Source of the DNA: an uncultured Gemmatimonadales bacterium | Lineage (GTDB): Bacteria > Gemmatimonadota > Gemmatimonadetes > Longimicrobiales > RSA9 | Length of the DNA stretch: 64,000 nucleotides | Direction: 5' to 3' | Assembly: GCA_963798085.1 (NCBI GenBank) | Contig: CAWCRS010000007.1 | Span: 1,472,001 to 1,536,000, forward strand | Shown: positions 42,633-54,723 of the stretch, in pieces | Numbering within the stretch: position 1 is the first letter of the stretch | Layout: each line of letters begins with the position of its first letter | The notes under the pieces: model-generated | Seen by the model: only the letters and a program-made list of their open reading frames with translations | The model's database searches: none | What the model was told of the DNA's origin: nothing | Made by a program: the position numbers and the translations under genes

Positions 42633-43324
42633 CGATCAAACTGGCTCCGTCGATCCTGTCCGCCGATTTCGCCCGACTCGCCGATGCCATCGCCGAAGCG
42701 GAGGCCGCGAGGCGCGGACTGGATCCACGTCGACGTGATGGATGGGCATTTCGTCCCGAACATCACGATCGGGCCGCCTGTCGTCGCGGCGATCCGGCGC
42801 AAGGTACGAAGCTGCCCCTCGATGTTCATCTCATGATCAAGCATCCCGACGCACTCCTCGAAGCGTTCGCCGGAGCCGGGCGCCGATGTCATCACGGTGC
42901 ACCAGGAAGCCAGTACCCACCTGCACCGGACGGTGGAACACATCCAATGTGGAGCGGCGCAAAGGCGGGCGTGGCCATCAATCCGGCGACACCGGTGGAC
43001 ATGCTGAGCGAAATACTGCCGTACCTCGACATGGTGCTGGTGATGAGCGTGAATCCGGGATTCGGCGGACAGCGGTTCATTCCCACGAGTCCGCAGAAAG
43101 TGGCGCAGCTGCGTGCGTCGCTGATGGAGCGTGGCCTCGACCGCGTGGCCATCGAGGTAGATGGCGGCGTGACCCCGGACACCGCGCCGCTCGTGGTGCA
43201 TGCCGGCGCCACCGTGCTCGTGGCGGGCGCAGCCGTGTTCAACGCGCAGGCAACCGTAGCCGAGAATCTCGCACGGCTGCGTGCCGCCGCGGATGCGGCC
43301 GCCGCGAAAACGCATAAGGTGTGA
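42629..43324 (+). CDS. rpe: Ribulose-phosphate 3-epimerase (apparent frameshifts)
   Basis: [45 protein letters not shown]. Confidence 0.93.
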   Translation: MTIKLAPSILSADFARLADAIAEAEAARRGLDPRRRDGWAFRPEHHDRAACRRGDPAQGTKLPLDVHLMIKHPDALLEAFAGAGRRCHHGAPGSQYPPAPDGGTHPMWSGAKAGVAINPATPVDMLSEILPYLDMVLVMSVNPGFGGQRFIPTSPQKVAQLRASLMERGLDRVAIEVDGGVTPDTAPLVVHAGATVLVAGAAVFNAQATVAENLARLRAAADAAAAKTHKV

Positions 43325-43395
43325 GTGTGCATTGTCGCGCACCTTCCGGCTTCCAGCGGTTACATTCCGCTGCTAGATTGGCGAGCCGCAAGGCA

Positions 43396-43479
43396 GCCGG
43401 GGTGGCGAAACGGCAGACGCAGCGGACTTAAAATCCGCGGCCTCAGAGAGGCATGAGGGTTCGACCCCCTCCCCCGGCA
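43396..43479 (+). tRNA. tRNA-Leu (TAA)
   Basis: Acceptor stem GCCGGGG/CCCCGGC, anticodon arm GCGGA-CTTAAAA-TCCGC, long variable arm, GGTTCGACCCC. Confidence 0.96.
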
Positions 43480-43505
43480 TGCTGGCAGTAGAAGAAACGG
43501 AAATG

Positions 43506-43532
43506 AAGGGGCCGCTTCTGACGGCCCCTTTT
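43506..43532 (+). terminator. Intrinsic terminator after tRNA-Leu
   Basis: AAGGGGCCG-loop-CGGCCCCTTTT. Confidence 0.8.
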
Positions 43533-43684
43533 CACATCACCCGTGGAAGTGCTTCACGCTGCATGCTTGTTAGCGTAGCCGGTATCCGCATTGTCGGCTC
43601 GTTGCCCCGCGAGCGTCGGTCTATTTGAGGTAGCGAACGGCGCCGGCGATTGCCGCGGGCGCTGAAGCCGCTACCTTCGGATTC

Positions 43685-44011
43685 ATGAAGTTGCTCCTGC
43701 TGATTCTGGCGATCATGGGGTTCGGTGCGGCACTGCGCCTGGCAGGGCGGGGCGCGTTCCGGCTCATGCGTGGCGGCGTGGATGCGTTCCTGGCCGCGGA
43801 AGTGAGCGATGCGCACGCGCGGCGAGGCGACATCACGGCGCTGCAGGCGGCGGAGACGGCACGCTCGCTGGCGCAGCGCACGCGGCTGGGCGCGATTCTC
43901 GTGCTGGCGGCCAGTGCCGGCCTGCTGATCGCGCCCTGGCTCACGCCCTGGCCCACACTGCTCTACGCGTGCTACGCGCCGCTCTGGCTGCTCGTGCGCA
44001 GGCGGGCATAA
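43685..44011 (+). CDS. Hypothetical membrane protein
   Basis: Hydrophobic N- and C-terminal segments; stops 4 nt before rnz. Confidence 0.65.
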   Translation: MKLLLLILAIMGFGAALRLAGRGAFRLMRGGVDAFLAAEVSDAHARRGDITALQAAETARSLAQRTRLGAILVLAASAGLLIAPWLTPWPTLLYACYAPLWLLVRRRA

Positions 44012-44015
44012 CAGC

Positions 44016-44969
44016 ATGTTGCGCGTGACTTTCCTGGGCACCGCCGCCAGCCGGCCCACGGTGGGCCGCAATGTCAGTGCGCTGGCGGTGCAGCGGGAAT
44101 CCGAAGTGATGCTCTTCGATTGCGGCGAGGGCACGCAGCGCCAGATGATGCGCTACGCCACCGGCTTCACAGTCGACGACATCTTCTTCACGCACCTGCA
44201 CGCCGATCACTTCCTGGGGCTGACCGGTCTGCTGCGCACGATGGCGTTGCAGGGTCGCGAGCAGCCCATCCGGCTGTGGTCGCCGGTGGGGTGTGCGCCG
44301 CTGCTGCGCGAGACTGTGGAGCTGGGCCGGGAGCGGGTGCCCTTCGAGGTGGCCATCGCGGAGCTGGAGCCGGAGCAGCGCCTGCCGCGCAATGGGTACG
44401 CGATCGTGGCCTACGCGAATCGCCACGGTGCGCGCTCGCTGGGCTACGCGCTCGTCGAGGATGAGCGGCTCGGCCGCTTCCATCCGGAGCGCGCGCACGA
44501 GCTGGGTGTGCCCGAGGGTCCGCTGTTCGGCCGGCTGCACAAGGGCGAAACGGTCGAGGTCGATGGGCGCATGATTCGTCCGGAAGATGTGGTGGGGCCG
44601 CCCCGCCCCGGCCGCAGACTCGTGTACTCGGGGGACAGCCGGCCCTGTCGCGCGACCGTCGCCATGGCCCGGGATGGCGATCTGCTGATCCATGATGCGA
44701 CGTTCGCGCAGGAGGAACTGGAGCGCGCCCGCATCACGGGCCACTCGACGGCGAGGGAAGCGGCGCAAGTGGCGCAGCGCGCCGGTGTCGCGCGGCTCGT
44801 GCTGACGCACATCTCGGCGCGCTACGCCGACGATCCCCGCCCGCTGGAGCGCGAGGCCCGACAGCTGTTCCCGCACACCGTCGTGGCGCACGACGGCCTG
44901 GTCGTCGAAGTGCCGCTGCGTGACAGCGCCGCAATGCAACCCGCGGAAGCACGGCAGGACGAGGCCTGA
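44016..44969 (+). CDS. rnz: Ribonuclease Z
   Basis: FLGT, FDCGEGTQRQ, THLHADH, GVPEGP exosite, SGDS, HDAT, GHST, LTHISARY. Confidence 0.97.
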   Translation: MLRVTFLGTAASRPTVGRNVSALAVQRESEVMLFDCGEGTQRQMMRYATGFTVDDIFFTHLHADHFLGLTGLLRTMALQGREQPIRLWSPVGCAPLLRETVELGRERVPFEVAIAELEPEQRLPRNGYAIVAYANRHGARSLGYALVEDERLGRFHPERAHELGVPEGPLFGRLHKGETVEVDGRMIRPEDVVGPPRPGRRLVYSGDSRPCRATVAMARDGDLLIHDATFAQEELERARITGHSTAREAAQVAQRAGVARLVLTHISARYADDPRPLEREARQLFPHTVVAHDGLVVEVPLRDSAAMQPAEARQDEA

Positions 44970-44973
44970 CGCC

Positions 44974-46266
44974 ATGGCAGCGGCGGCAGGCGAGCGCATC
45001 GTGCGCGTTCCCGGCGACAAGTCGATCACGCATCGTGCGCTGCTGTTCAGCGCCTTCGCGTCCGGGCCGACACGCGTGCGCAACGCGCTGCTCGCGGGGG
45101 ACACGCAGTCGACGGCGCAATGCCTGCGCGAACTGGGTGTTAGCGTCCCCGGCCTGGCGCGCGGCGAGATCGTGCTGCACAGCATGGGTCTGGACGGGCT
45201 GCACGCGGCTGCCGGTGCACTTGACTGCGGCAACAGCGGCACCAGCGCTCGGCTGCTGCTGGGTGTGCTGGCGGGCCGGCCGTTCCGCAGTGTGCTGACC
45301 GGCGATGCGTCGCTCCGCTCGCGGCCCATGCGTCGCGTCACCTCGCCCCTGGCTGCGGCCGGTGCGCGCATCGAGGAGCTGGGCGAGCCGGATCGCCTGC
45401 CCATGGCCGTGCTGGGTGGTGGCCTGCACACGATCGAGCATGACGCGCCGCGCGCCAGTGCGCAGGTCAAGAGCGCGCTGCTGCTGGCGGGTGTGAGTGG
45501 CGGTGTCGCGGTGCGCGTGAGCGAGCCGCATCTCTCGCGCGACCACACCGAGCGTATGCTGGCCGCGATGGGTGCGCGGCTGCGCGTGGTCGCGCAGGCG
45601 GGCAGGCCCGGCGTGCAACTGGAGCCCGGCGCCACGCTCCGCCCGCTCGATATCACCGTGCCCGGCGATTTCTCGTCGGCGGCATTCTTCCTGGCGCACG
45701 CGCTGCTGGGCGGTGGCCGCATCCGCATCGAAGGGGTGGGCGTGAATGCCACGCGCACGGGTCTGCTCGCTGTGCTGCAGCGCATGGGCGGGCACGTGGT
45801 CATCGAGGCGGCACGCGAAGCGGGAGGCGAGCCGGTGGCCGACATCGTGTCGTCGCCTGCAATACTCCGTTCCACACAGGTTGGCGAAGCCGAAGTGGTA
45901 CGCATGATCGACGAGATCCCCGTGCTGGCGGTGCTCGCGGCGAGGGCGGAAGGCGAGACGCGTATCACGGGCGCGGAAGAGCTGCGCGTCAAGGAGTCGG
46001 ACCGGATTCGCGCACTGGTGGAGAACCTGCGCGCCGTGGGCGTGCAGGCGGAGGAGCTGCCCGACGGACTGGTGGTGTGCGGCACGGACGCGCCGCTCCG
46101 AGGCCGCGTGCAGTGTCACGGCGATCACCGCATCGCCATGGCGTTCGGCGTGCTGGCGGCACAGCGGGGGAACGATATTGCAGTCGACGATCCGGCCGCA
46201 GCGTCGGTGAGCTTCCCGGAATTCTGGGCGCAGCTGCGCGCCACGGTGCCTGGGACGCGCGTGTGA
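44974..46266 (+). CDS. aroA: 3-phosphoshikimate 1-carboxyvinyltransferase (EPSP synthase)
   Basis: PGDKSITHR, DCGNSGT, RPMRR, SAQVKS, RDHTE, ELRVKESDR, DHRIAM. Confidence 0.98.
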   Translation: MAAAAGERIVRVPGDKSITHRALLFSAFASGPTRVRNALLAGDTQSTAQCLRELGVSVPGLARGEIVLHSMGLDGLHAAAGALDCGNSGTSARLLLGVLAGRPFRSVLTGDASLRSRPMRRVTSPLAAAGARIEELGEPDRLPMAVLGGGLHTIEHDAPRASAQVKSALLLAGVSGGVAVRVSEPHLSRDHTERMLAAMGARLRVVAQAGRPGVQLEPGATLRPLDITVPGDFSSAAFFLAHALLGGGRIRIEGVGVNATRTGLLAVLQRMGGHVVIEAAREAGGEPVADIVSSPAILRSTQVGEAEVVRMIDEIPVLAVLAARAEGETRITGAEELRVKESDRIRALVENLRAVGVQAEELPDGLVVCGTDAPLRGRVQCHGDHRIAMAFGVLAAQRGNDIAVDDPAAASVSFPEFWAQLRATVPGTRV

Positions 46267-46946
46267 TCATCACGATCAATGGCCCGGCGGGCTCCGGCAA
46301 GAGTTCGACCGCGCAAGCGCTGGCGGAGCAGCTGCGCATCCGTCACCTCGATTCGGGCGCGTTCTACCGGGCCCTCACGCTGGCCGCGCTGCTGGCGCGC
46401 ATCGCGCCCGATCAATGGGACGTGTTGCGCGAAGACCAGCTGGAGTCGCTCCGTGTGCGCGGCGAGCCCGGTGCGGCGGGCGCGGCGGGCTATCGCATGT
46501 TCGCCGGCGATGACGATGTCACCGATCGCATCCGCTCGCCCGAGGTGAACGCGTATGTGTCGCGCATGGCGAGGGTGCCGGCTGTCAGGCGCTGGCTGCT
46601 GGGCCGGCTGCGCGCAGCGGGCACGAGCGGCAGCCTGGTGGCCGATGGTCGCGACATGGGTACAGTCGTGTTCCCACAGGCGGATCTGAAGATCTTCCTC
46701 ACGGCCAGCCTCGAGACGCGTGCGCGGCGTCGCCTGCTCGAGCGCGGCGAGGCCGAGCCGGACGCGGACATGCTGGCGGCGGAGACCGAGCGCCTGGCGG
46801 ATCGCGATCGCATTGACTCGGAGCGTGCGGTATCGCCGCTGCGTGCTGCCACCGACGCGGTGCACCTCGACACGTCGGGCATGAGTTTCGACGAGCAGGT
46901 GAGCCGCGTGCTCGAGCTGGTCGGCGACCGGCTGGGCGACGCCTGA
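46263..46946 (+). CDS. cmk: Cytidylate kinase
   Basis: I(N)GPAGSGKSS, LDSGAFYR, DGRDMGTVVFP, RDRIDS.R..SPL. Confidence 0.96.
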   Translation: MIITINGPAGSGKSSTAQALAEQLRIRHLDSGAFYRALTLAALLARIAPDQWDVLREDQLESLRVRGEPGAAGAAGYRMFAGDDDVTDRIRSPEVNAYVSRMARVPAVRRWLLGRLRAAGTSGSLVADGRDMGTVVFPQADLKIFLTASLETRARRRLLERGEAEPDADMLAAETERLADRDRIDSERAVSPLRAATDAVHLDTSGMSFDEQVSRVLELVGDRLGDA

Positions 46947-47012
46947 CGCCGGGTTGCGGCAGGCCCGCCGTCGGCGGGCTTGCGCGCTGTTACGCACGGG
47001 TGGCGAGTCGGC

Positions 47013-47041
47013 TTGACGGATACCACGGGTTCCGGTAGGTT
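47013..47041 (+). promoter_or_regulatory. Probable rpsA promoter
   Basis: TTGACG-N17-TAGGTT, same -10 as the infC promoter. Confidence 0.55.
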
Positions 47042-47155
47042 GCACGGCTACCGATAGCGGCCCAATGGCCAACGAGGAGGCACGGTCTGCCTCCTTTATT
47101 GTTCTCTCAACCCGCGCTGGTCCCCGGCTGGACGCGGCAAGTCGGAGCCACCCAC

Positions 47156-49022
47156 ATGACGGAACCGCAGGCAACCCCCGTGGACGAGCAGGTCGAGCAG
47201 GAAATGGCCGTCCGTCCAGCCAACCACGCGCCGCCGCGCATCAGCCTGGCCCCGCGTTCGCCATTCCTCGAGGACGACGAGTATTCGCCCGAGGAATACG
47301 AAGCGATGCTGGAGATGTACGAGGGCACGCTCGCCAATATCGAGGAAGGCGAAATCGTCAAGGCGAGAGTGCTGCGCGTGACGGACAACGCCGTGATCCT
47401 CGATGTCGGGTTCAAGAGCGAAGGCTCGATCACCAAGCGACGAATTCAAGAACGCCGACGACATAAAGCCGGGCGATGAAGTCGAGGTCTTTCTGGAGAA
47501 CCTGGAAGACTCCGAAGGCGTCGTCGTACTGTGCAAGAAGAAAGCGGACTTCCTGCGCGTCTGGGAGAAGATCAAGCGCGCATACGAAGAGAACGACAAG
47601 GTGCCGGGCATGCTGGTCCGCAAGATCAAGGGCGGCGTGACCGTGGACCTGATGGGCGTGGACGCATTCCTGCCGGGCTCGCAGATCGCGCTGCGCCGCG
47701 TGCCGAATATCGAGGACCTGATCGGCCAGACGTTCGAGTTCAAGATCATCAAGCTGAACAAGCGTCGTCGCAACATCGTGGTCAGCCGGCGCGTGATTCT
47801 CGAGGAGGAGCGCGAGACCAAGCGCGAGCAGCTGGTGAAGGAGCTGCTGGTGGGCCAGGTGCGCAAGGGCGTGGTGAAGAACGTCACCGACTTCGGCGCG
47901 TTCATCGACCTCGGCGGACTCGACGGCCTGCTGCACATCACCGACATGAGCTGGGGCCGTGTGGGCCATCCATCGGAGATCGTGCAGATCGGCGATGAGC
48001 TGGACGTGAAGGTGCTCGACATCGACTGGAACCGCGAGCGCATTTCACTCGGCCTCAAGCAGCTGCTGCCGTATCCGTGGAAGGACATCGAGCGCAAGTA
48101 CCCGGTGGGTGCACGCGTGCGTGGCAAGGTGGTGTCGATCACGAATTACGGCGCATTCGTCGAGCTGGAGAAGGGCGTCGAAGGCCTGGTGCACATCAGC
48201 GAGATGTCCTGGACGCGGAACGTGAAGCACCCGTCCAAGCTGGTGTCCATCGGCGACGAGATCGAAGCCGTGGTCCTGAAGGTGGACCGCGACGACGAGA
48301 AGATCTCGCTGGGCATGAAGCAGATCGAGGAGGATCCCTGGCTGGCGCTGCCCGAGAAGTACCCGGTGGGCACGCGCGTGCAGGGCAAGGTGCGCAACCT
48401 CACGTCGTTCGGCGCATTCGTGGAGATCGAGCCGGGCATCGACGGACTTATTCATATCTCCGACATGAGCTGGACGAAGCGCGTGCAGCATCCGTCCGAA
48501 GTGGTGCACAAGGGCGATGATGTCGAGGTCGTCGTGCTGGGCGTCGATCCGGAGAACAAGCGGATCTCGCTTGGTCTGAAGCAGACGCAGGACGATCCGT
48601 GGCCCGCCATTGCGGGCCGCCTCTCGGCGGGTGTCGAGCTGGATGGGAAGGTCGTGCGCCTGCTCGATGACGGCGTGGTGGTGGACCTGGGCGATGAGAT
48701 CGAGGGCTTCGTGCCGCGCAGCCAGGTGCCGGTGCCACCGAACAGGGAACTCTCGCACGTACTGGGCGAGGGGCAGACCATGTCGCTGCGCGTGCTCGAA
48801 TGCGACGCTTCCAATCACCGCATCGTGCTCACGGTGACGCAGATGCCGGAGCCGCCCGTGCGCCGCGAGGAGGCGCCGGCCGCGACGGCGGAGGCCACGA
48901 CCGACGAAGCAGCGACGGCGGACGCAGTGCCCGTGGCCGCCGAGGCCGTGGTCGAAAGCGCACCGGCCGAAGCCGCGGTGGCGGAGGATGGCGCAGCAGA
49001 GAGCGAAGCGTCGACCGCCTGA
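47156..49022 (+). CDS. rpsA: 30S ribosomal protein S1 (apparent frameshift near 47435)
   Basis: DVGFKSEG, AFLPGSQ, repeated S1 domains (FGAFIDLGGLDGLLHITDMSW, GLVHISEMSW). Confidence 0.98.
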
Positions 49023-49051
49023 AGAATGGCGGCTGTGCGCAAGGCAGCAAC

Positions 49052-49086
49052 GGATGGGGCTCGCGGCGCGGGCCCCATCCCTTTTT
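49052..49086 (+). terminator. Intrinsic terminator after rpsA
   Basis: GGATGGGGCTCGCG-GC-GCGGGCCCCATCC followed by CTTTTT. Confidence 0.85.
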
Positions 49087-49147
49087 CCGGGTCGCGCGCG
49101 ATTCTATGTTAGGCGGGACCTACACGCGGACAGCAGAGCGAAGCCTC

Positions 49148-50329
49148 GTGGCGAAACGTTGCACTCGCGTCTGGCTCGGAATCGGGCTTCTGGTCACGGC
49201 ATCCGCGTGCCGCAAGGCACCCCTGCAGGCGCCGGCCCCGCAAGCACCCACGGAGCAGCCTCCCCCCGCGCAGAAGCCGCCACCCGCAGCCGTGAAGCTG
49301 GGCGCCATCCTGCCGCTCAGTGCATCGGCGGATCTTTCCGACTACGCGGGCCTGGTGCGCGAAGGCATCGAACTGGCACTGGCGCAGTATCCCGCCGTTC
49401 AGGGTCGCAAGATCGAACTCGTGGTCAAGGATGATGCAGGCGACGCGGCAGAAGCCTCGCGCGCCGCATCCGCGCTGGAAGCGGATGGCGCGGTCGCAAT
49501 CATCGGCCCGCTCACCGGCCCGTCGCTGGACGCCGCCGCGGCGAGTCGCTCGAACAGCACACTCATGATCGTGAGTCCCACCGCAGCGCAGCAGCCTGCG
49601 GGCGCCACACACGTGCTCTCGCTCAACCTGGCGGATGCACGCGGCGCCGCAGCTCTGGCTGCGTGGGCCGTGAGCAACGGCATGACGCGGCTGGCCGTGC
49701 TGGGCGCGAATTCGGCGGACGAAAACGCGCGGGCGCGTGCTTTCGTGCAGGAGGCGACACGGCGAGGCGCGCAGCTGGTGGCGCAGCTCAATTTCGATCC
49801 CGGCACGACCACGTTCGCCACGCCCATCGAGCGCCTGAAGGACGCGCACGCGCAGGCCGTGTTCGTCCCCGCGGGGGAGCGTGACATCAAGCAGATGGCG
49901 CCGCAGTTTGCGTATTTCGGCCTCACCGAGACGCAGATCCTGGGCACCGAAGCGTGGGTAAGCGACGACGTGATGCGATCGCTCTCGGCGGAAACCCTGG
50001 AAGGCGTCGTGGCGGCCACGCCCCTGCCGTCGGCGGAAGGCACGACCGGCTGGAGCGACTTCGTGCACCTCTACGAGCAGACGCAGCGGCGCACGCTCGA
50101 CAATCCCTACCCGGCACTGGGTTACGACGCGGCCATGCTGGTGCTGCAGCAGATCGCCGCCGGCGCCACCGAGCCGGCGTCGGTGGCGGAACGGCTCGCG
50201 TCCATTCGTGACTACCGCGGCGCGACCGGCGTCCTCTCCATAACAGACGGTCAGGTGTCCCGCCGGCCGTTCCTGGTGCGCGTGCGCGGCGGCAAGCTCG
50301 CGTCGATCACCTTCGCGGGCGATTCGTGA
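49148..50329 (+). CDS. Periplasmic-binding-protein type I lipoprotein (LivJ/LppC-like)
   Basis: Lipobox ASAC, Pro-rich linker, [25 protein letters not shown]. Confidence 0.8.
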   Translation: MAKRCTRVWLGIGLLVTASACRKAPLQAPAPQAPTEQPPPAQKPPPAAVKLGAILPLSASADLSDYAGLVREGIELALAQYPAVQGRKIELVVKDDAGDAAEASRAASALEADGAVAIIGPLTGPSLDAAAASRSNSTLMIVSPTAAQQPAGATHVLSLNLADARGAAALAAWAVSNGMTRLAVLGANSADENARARAFVQEATRRGAQLVAQLNFDPGTTTFATPIERLKDAHAQAVFVPAGERDIKQMAPQFAYFGLTETQILGTEAWVSDDVMRSLSAETLEGVVAATPLPSAEGTTGWSDFVHLYEQTQRRTLDNPYPALGYDAAMLVLQQIAAGATEPASVAERLASIRDYRGATGVLSITDGQVSRRPFLVRVRGGKLASITFAGDS

Positions 50330-50342
50330 GGCGCCACGGTCC

Positions 50343-51884
50343 ATGAGCGTGAGCGAACATCTCCGACGACTGGAGGAGCTCGCGCGTCGCGCCGAGCTGG
50401 GTGGTGGCGAAGACCGGCTGCGCGCGCAGCACGAGCGCGGCAAACTCTCGGCGCGCGAACGCCTCGACATGCTGCTCGATGAGGGCAGCTTCGTCGAGCT
50501 GGATCGCTTCGTCACGAATCGCAGTGCCAATGGCGGCGATCCGATCTTCGGTGATGGCGTGGTCACCGGGTACGGCACGGTACGCGACCGGCTCGTCTAC
50601 GTCTTCAGCCAGGACTTCACGGTATTCGGCGGCTCGCTCTCTGAAGCGCACGCCGCAAAGATCGTGAAGATCATGGACCTGGCGCTGAAGAACGGCGCAC
50701 CCGTGATCGGCCTCAATGATTCGGGTGGCGCACGCATCCAGGAAGGCGTGGTGAGCCTGGGCGGCTACGCCGACATCTTCCTGCGCAACACACTGGCGTC
50801 GGGTGTGATTCCGCAGATCAGCGCGATCCTCGGGCCGTGCGCCGGCGGCGCCGTCTACTCGCCCGCCATCACGGACTTCGTCTACATGGTGCGCGGCACG
50901 AGCTACATGTTCGTGACCGGACCCAATGTCGTGAAGACGGTGACGCACGAGGCCATCGACATGGAAGGCCTGGGCGGCGCCAATGTGCACGGCGGCACAT
51001 CCGGTGTCGCGCACTTCGTGCACGATTCTGAACTCGAGTCCATCGAAGCGATCCGCCGTCTGTTCGACTACATCCCGCAGAACAACCGCGAGGACCCGCC
51101 TCGCCGGGAGACCCGCGATCCCTTCGATCGTGGCGCGGAGGAACTGCTCACCATCGTGCCGGACGAGCCCGCGAAGCCGTACGACATGCACGAGGTCATA
51201 CGGCGGGTGGTGGACGACGGCGACTTCCACGAGGTGCACCGCGACTTCGCCGGCAACATCATCGTCGGCTTTGCACACCTGGGCACGCGCGCCGTGGGCG
51301 TAGTCGCCAATCAGCCGGCCGTGCTCGCGGGTGTCCTCGACATCAACAGCGCGGTCAAGGGCGCGCGCTTCGTGCGCTTCTGCGATGCCTTCAACATCCC
51401 GCTGGTCGTGTTCGAGGATGTGCCGGGATTCCTGCCCGGCGTGGCGCAGGAACACGGCGGCATCATCCGCCACGGCGCCAAGCTGCTGTACGCATTCTGT
51501 GAAGCCACCGTGCCGCGCGTCACGATCATCACACGCAAGGCGTACGGCGGCGCGTATGACGTGATGAACTCGAAGCACATCCGCGGTGACATCAACCTGG
51601 CGTGGCCCACCGCGGAGATCGCGGTGATGGGTCCCAAGGGCGCCGTCGAGATCCTGTATCGCAGGGAGATCGCGGATGCGTCCGACCCGGAGGCCGTGGT
51701 CCGTCGGCGCGAGCTGGAGTACCGCGAGCAGTTCGCTCACCCCTACATCGCCGCGGCGCGCGGCTACGTCGATGACGTGATCGACCCGCGCGAGACCCGC
51801 GCCCGCCTCATCAGCGCCCTCGAAATGCTGCGCAACAAGCGCGACACCAATCCGCCCCGGAAGCATGGTAATATTCCGTTATAG
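50343..51884 (+). CDS. pccB: Acyl-CoA (propionyl/methylmalonyl-CoA) carboxyltransferase beta subunit
   Basis: [55 protein letters not shown]. Confidence 0.96.
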   Translation: MSVSEHLRRLEELARRAELGGGEDRLRAQHERGKLSARERLDMLLDEGSFVELDRFVTNRSANGGDPIFGDGVVTGYGTVRDRLVYVFSQDFTVFGGSLSEAHAAKIVKIMDLALKNGAPVIGLNDSGGARIQEGVVSLGGYADIFLRNTLASGVIPQISAILGPCAGGAVYSPAITDFVYMVRGTSYMFVTGPNVVKTVTHEAIDMEGLGGANVHGGTSGVAHFVHDSELESIEAIRRLFDYIPQNNREDPPRRETRDPFDRGAEELLTIVPDEPAKPYDMHEVIRRVVDDGDFHEVHRDFAGNIIVGFAHLGTRAVGVVANQPAVLAGVLDINSAVKGARFVRFCDAFNIPLVVFEDVPGFLPGVAQEHGGIIRHGAKLLYAFCEATVPRVTIITRKAYGGAYDVMNSKHIRGDINLAWPTAEIAVMGPKGAVEILYRREIADASDPEAVVRRRELEYREQFAHPYIAAARGYVDDVIDPRETRARLISALEMLRNKRDTNPPRKHGNIPL

Positions 51885-51905
51885 GGCTGGGGCTGGGGCT
51901 CTGAC

Positions 51906-53406
51906 ATGAAGAAGGTACTGGTCGCCAACCGCGGGGAAATCGCGGTGCGCATCATCCGGGCGTGCCGCGAGCTGGGATTGCGGTCAGTGGCGGTGTACTC
52001 GACGCCGGATCGGCTGGCGCCGCACGTGCTGCAGGCGGACGAGGCGTACTGGATCGGCGAAGCGCCATCGGCGCAGAGTTACCTGCGGGCGGAGGGGCTC
52101 GTCGCGGTGGCCCTGCGAACGGGCTGTGATGCGGTCCATCCCGGGTACGGCTTTCTCTCGGAACGCGCCTTTTTCGCGGAGGCTGTTGCAGCGGCGGGGC
52201 TCACGTTCGTGGGTCCGCCCGCCGCGGCCATCACCGCCATGGGTGACAAGACCGAGGCCAGGCGGCGCATGATCGCCGCGGGCGTCCCGGTCGTGCCGGG
52301 CACTGCGGAACCGCTGGCGGATGTGGCGGCGGCCCAGCGCGCCGCGGCAGCGATCGGGTTTCCGGTGATGCTGAAAGCGTCTGCGGGTGGAGGGGGCAAG
52401 GGCATGCGCGCGGTGCGCGCCGCGGCCGACCTGCCCCGCGCCTTCGAGGGCGCGGCGCACGAGGCGAGGACCGCGTTTGGCGATGGCCGCCTCTACCTCG
52501 AGAAGTTCCTCGAGCATCCTCGTCACATCGAGATCCAGGTGCTGGCCGATGCGCACGGCAACACGCTCTCGCTGGGTGAGCGCGAGTGTTCCGTGCAGCG
52601 GCGCCATCAGAAGATGATCGAGGAAGCGCCATCGCCCGTGCTGACACCGGAACTGCGCGCAGGCATGGGGCTGGCCGCCGTGACCGCCGCACAGGCGGTG
52701 GAGTACCGCAATGCCGGGCACCATCGAGTTCCTCTACCAGGACGGCGCATTCTTCTTTCTCGAGATGAACACGCGCATCCAGGTGGAACACCCGGTTACC
52801 GAGCTGGTGACCGGCCTCGACCTCGTGCAGTGGCAGTTGCGTATTGCGGCGGGCGAAACGCTGCCGCTGGCACAGGCCGACGTGCCATTGCGCGGCCACG
52901 CCATCGAATGCCGCATCACCAGCGAGGACGCCTTTGCCGGATTCCTGCCGTCGACCGGTCGCATCGAGCGCGTGGAACTGCCGGCGGGGCCGGGCGTGCG
53001 CTGGGATGGCGCCATAACAGAAGGTTATGAGGTATCGCTGCACTACGACCCGCTGCTGGGCAAGCTCATCGTGCACGGACCGGACCGCGCCACCGCCATC
53101 GAGCGCATGCGCCGGGCGCTGGGCGAGCTGCGCATCATTGGCGTGGACACCAGCGTGCCCTTCCTGCGGCGGGTGATGGAAGAGCCCGACTTCCGCGCCG
53201 GGCGGCTCGACATTGGCTACATCGAAGCGCACCCGGCACTGCTGGCGGCTGACGGCGATCCCGTACGCGAGCGCCTCGTGGCGCTCGCCGTGGCGCTTGC
53301 GGAGGAGGAGAATCGCAAGCGACGCGCAGTGCCGCGCACGGCGCGCGACGAAACGTCCGGCGGGCAGGCATGGCGGAGCACCAGCTGGCGGACATGGGAG
53401 CGCTGA
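51906..53406 (+). CDS. accC: Biotin carboxylase subunit (apparent frameshift near 52715)
   Basis: [35 protein letters not shown]; then [14 protein letters not shown] and [10 protein letters not shown] in the next frame. Confidence 0.95.
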
Positions 53407-54723
53407 TGGGCGAGCGGCCCCGGGGCGCCGCCGAGCCACGCAGACAGGGCGGAGAGGAAGGCGTGCGCATCATCGGCATCGCGGCCGGCGGTGCGGGCGT
53501 GGGCCGGCTCGAGGACGGTCGGGTCGCGTTCGTGCAGCGCACCGCTCCCGGCGACCTCGTCGACATCGCGCTCCAGGAACAGAAGCCGCGCTGGGTGCGC
53601 GGGCGCCTGCTGCGTGTGCAGGAAGCCGGCGAGGACCGCCGCGAGGCGCCCTGCCCGCATTACGCGGGCTGCGGCGGTTGCACGCTCGAGCACCTCACGC
53701 CCGCGGCGCAGCTGCGCGCCCGCGGCAGCATCGTGCGGGAAGCGTTGCGGCGCATCGGCGGCATCGACGTGAACGAACCCGACGTCGTCGCCTCACCTCT
53801 CGAATTCCGCTACCGCAACCGCGTATCGCTGACCCTGCGCCGTCCGGGCGGCGGCCGCGTGAGCGCGGGTTTTCACGAGCTTGACCGGCCCGATCGCGTG
53901 CTCGACATCGACGAACGGTGTCAGCTCATGGAGCCGCTGCTGGCAGACGCCTGGCGCTCATTGCGTGCCGGCTGGGGCGCGCATGCCAGTCGCCTGCCTG
54001 CCGGGGAGACACTGCGCCTCACCCTGCGCGCCACGCATACCGGTGAAGTCTCGCTGCTGGCGGAGAACGGCTATGGCGATGGCCAGCCCGATGCGTTGCT
54101 CGCGCACGTGCCGCAGATCGTCTCACTGTGGAAGCGCGCGCCGGAGCACGTGCCGGAACTGGTCGCGGGTCGGGCCGCACTGCTCGAACAATGGAACGGC
54201 GAGACCGTGCAGCTCGGTGGCAGCGTGTTCCTGCAGGTGAACCGGCAGGCGGCTGCGCTGCTCGAGAATCACGTACTCGCCCTCTGCGGCAGCGTGCAGG
54301 GGCAGCGCGTGGTCGACGCCTACTGCGGCGTGGGCCTGTACGCGCGCCGCTGCCAGCGCCAGGGCGCGCACATCACCGGCATCGAGCTGGACCCGCTGGC
54401 GGCGCGCGAGGCGAGGCGAGGCTGCAGTCCGCAGGCGCAGATCATCGAAGGCCGCGTGGAAGAGCACATAACCGCGTGTTTGCCAGCCGACCTGGTCATC
54501 CTGAACCCGCCGCGTGCCGGGCTGGATGCGCGCGTCTGCACGGCGCTCGTGGCAACGCCGCCTGCGCGCGTACTGTACGTCAGCTGCGATCCCGCTACAC
54601 TGGCGCGCGACCTCGGCCGGCTGAAATCCGCGTTCACGCTGACCGTCGCTGCGCTGCTTCGATCTCTTCCCGCAGACTGCCCATGTGGAAACCGTGGTGG
54701 AGCTGGCATGCGCTACTACGTGA
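53406..54723 (+). CDS. rlmD: TrmA/RlmD family RNA m5U methyltransferase (apparent frameshift near 54645)
   Basis: TRAM domain, CPHYAGCGGC, FLQVN, DAYCGVG, NPPRAG, YVSCDPATLARD; FDLFPQTAHVE in the shifted frame. Confidence 0.9.

Noticed and set aside
41630..43324. Apparent RpiA-Rpe fusion (564 aa)
   Set aside because: Mosaic of frames produced by multiple indels in an error-dense region
39283..43324. Pseudogenisation of argH, fbaB, rpiA and rpe
   Set aside because: Motifs are intact and essential genes elsewhere show the same kind of breaks, so they are treated as intact genes with assembly errors
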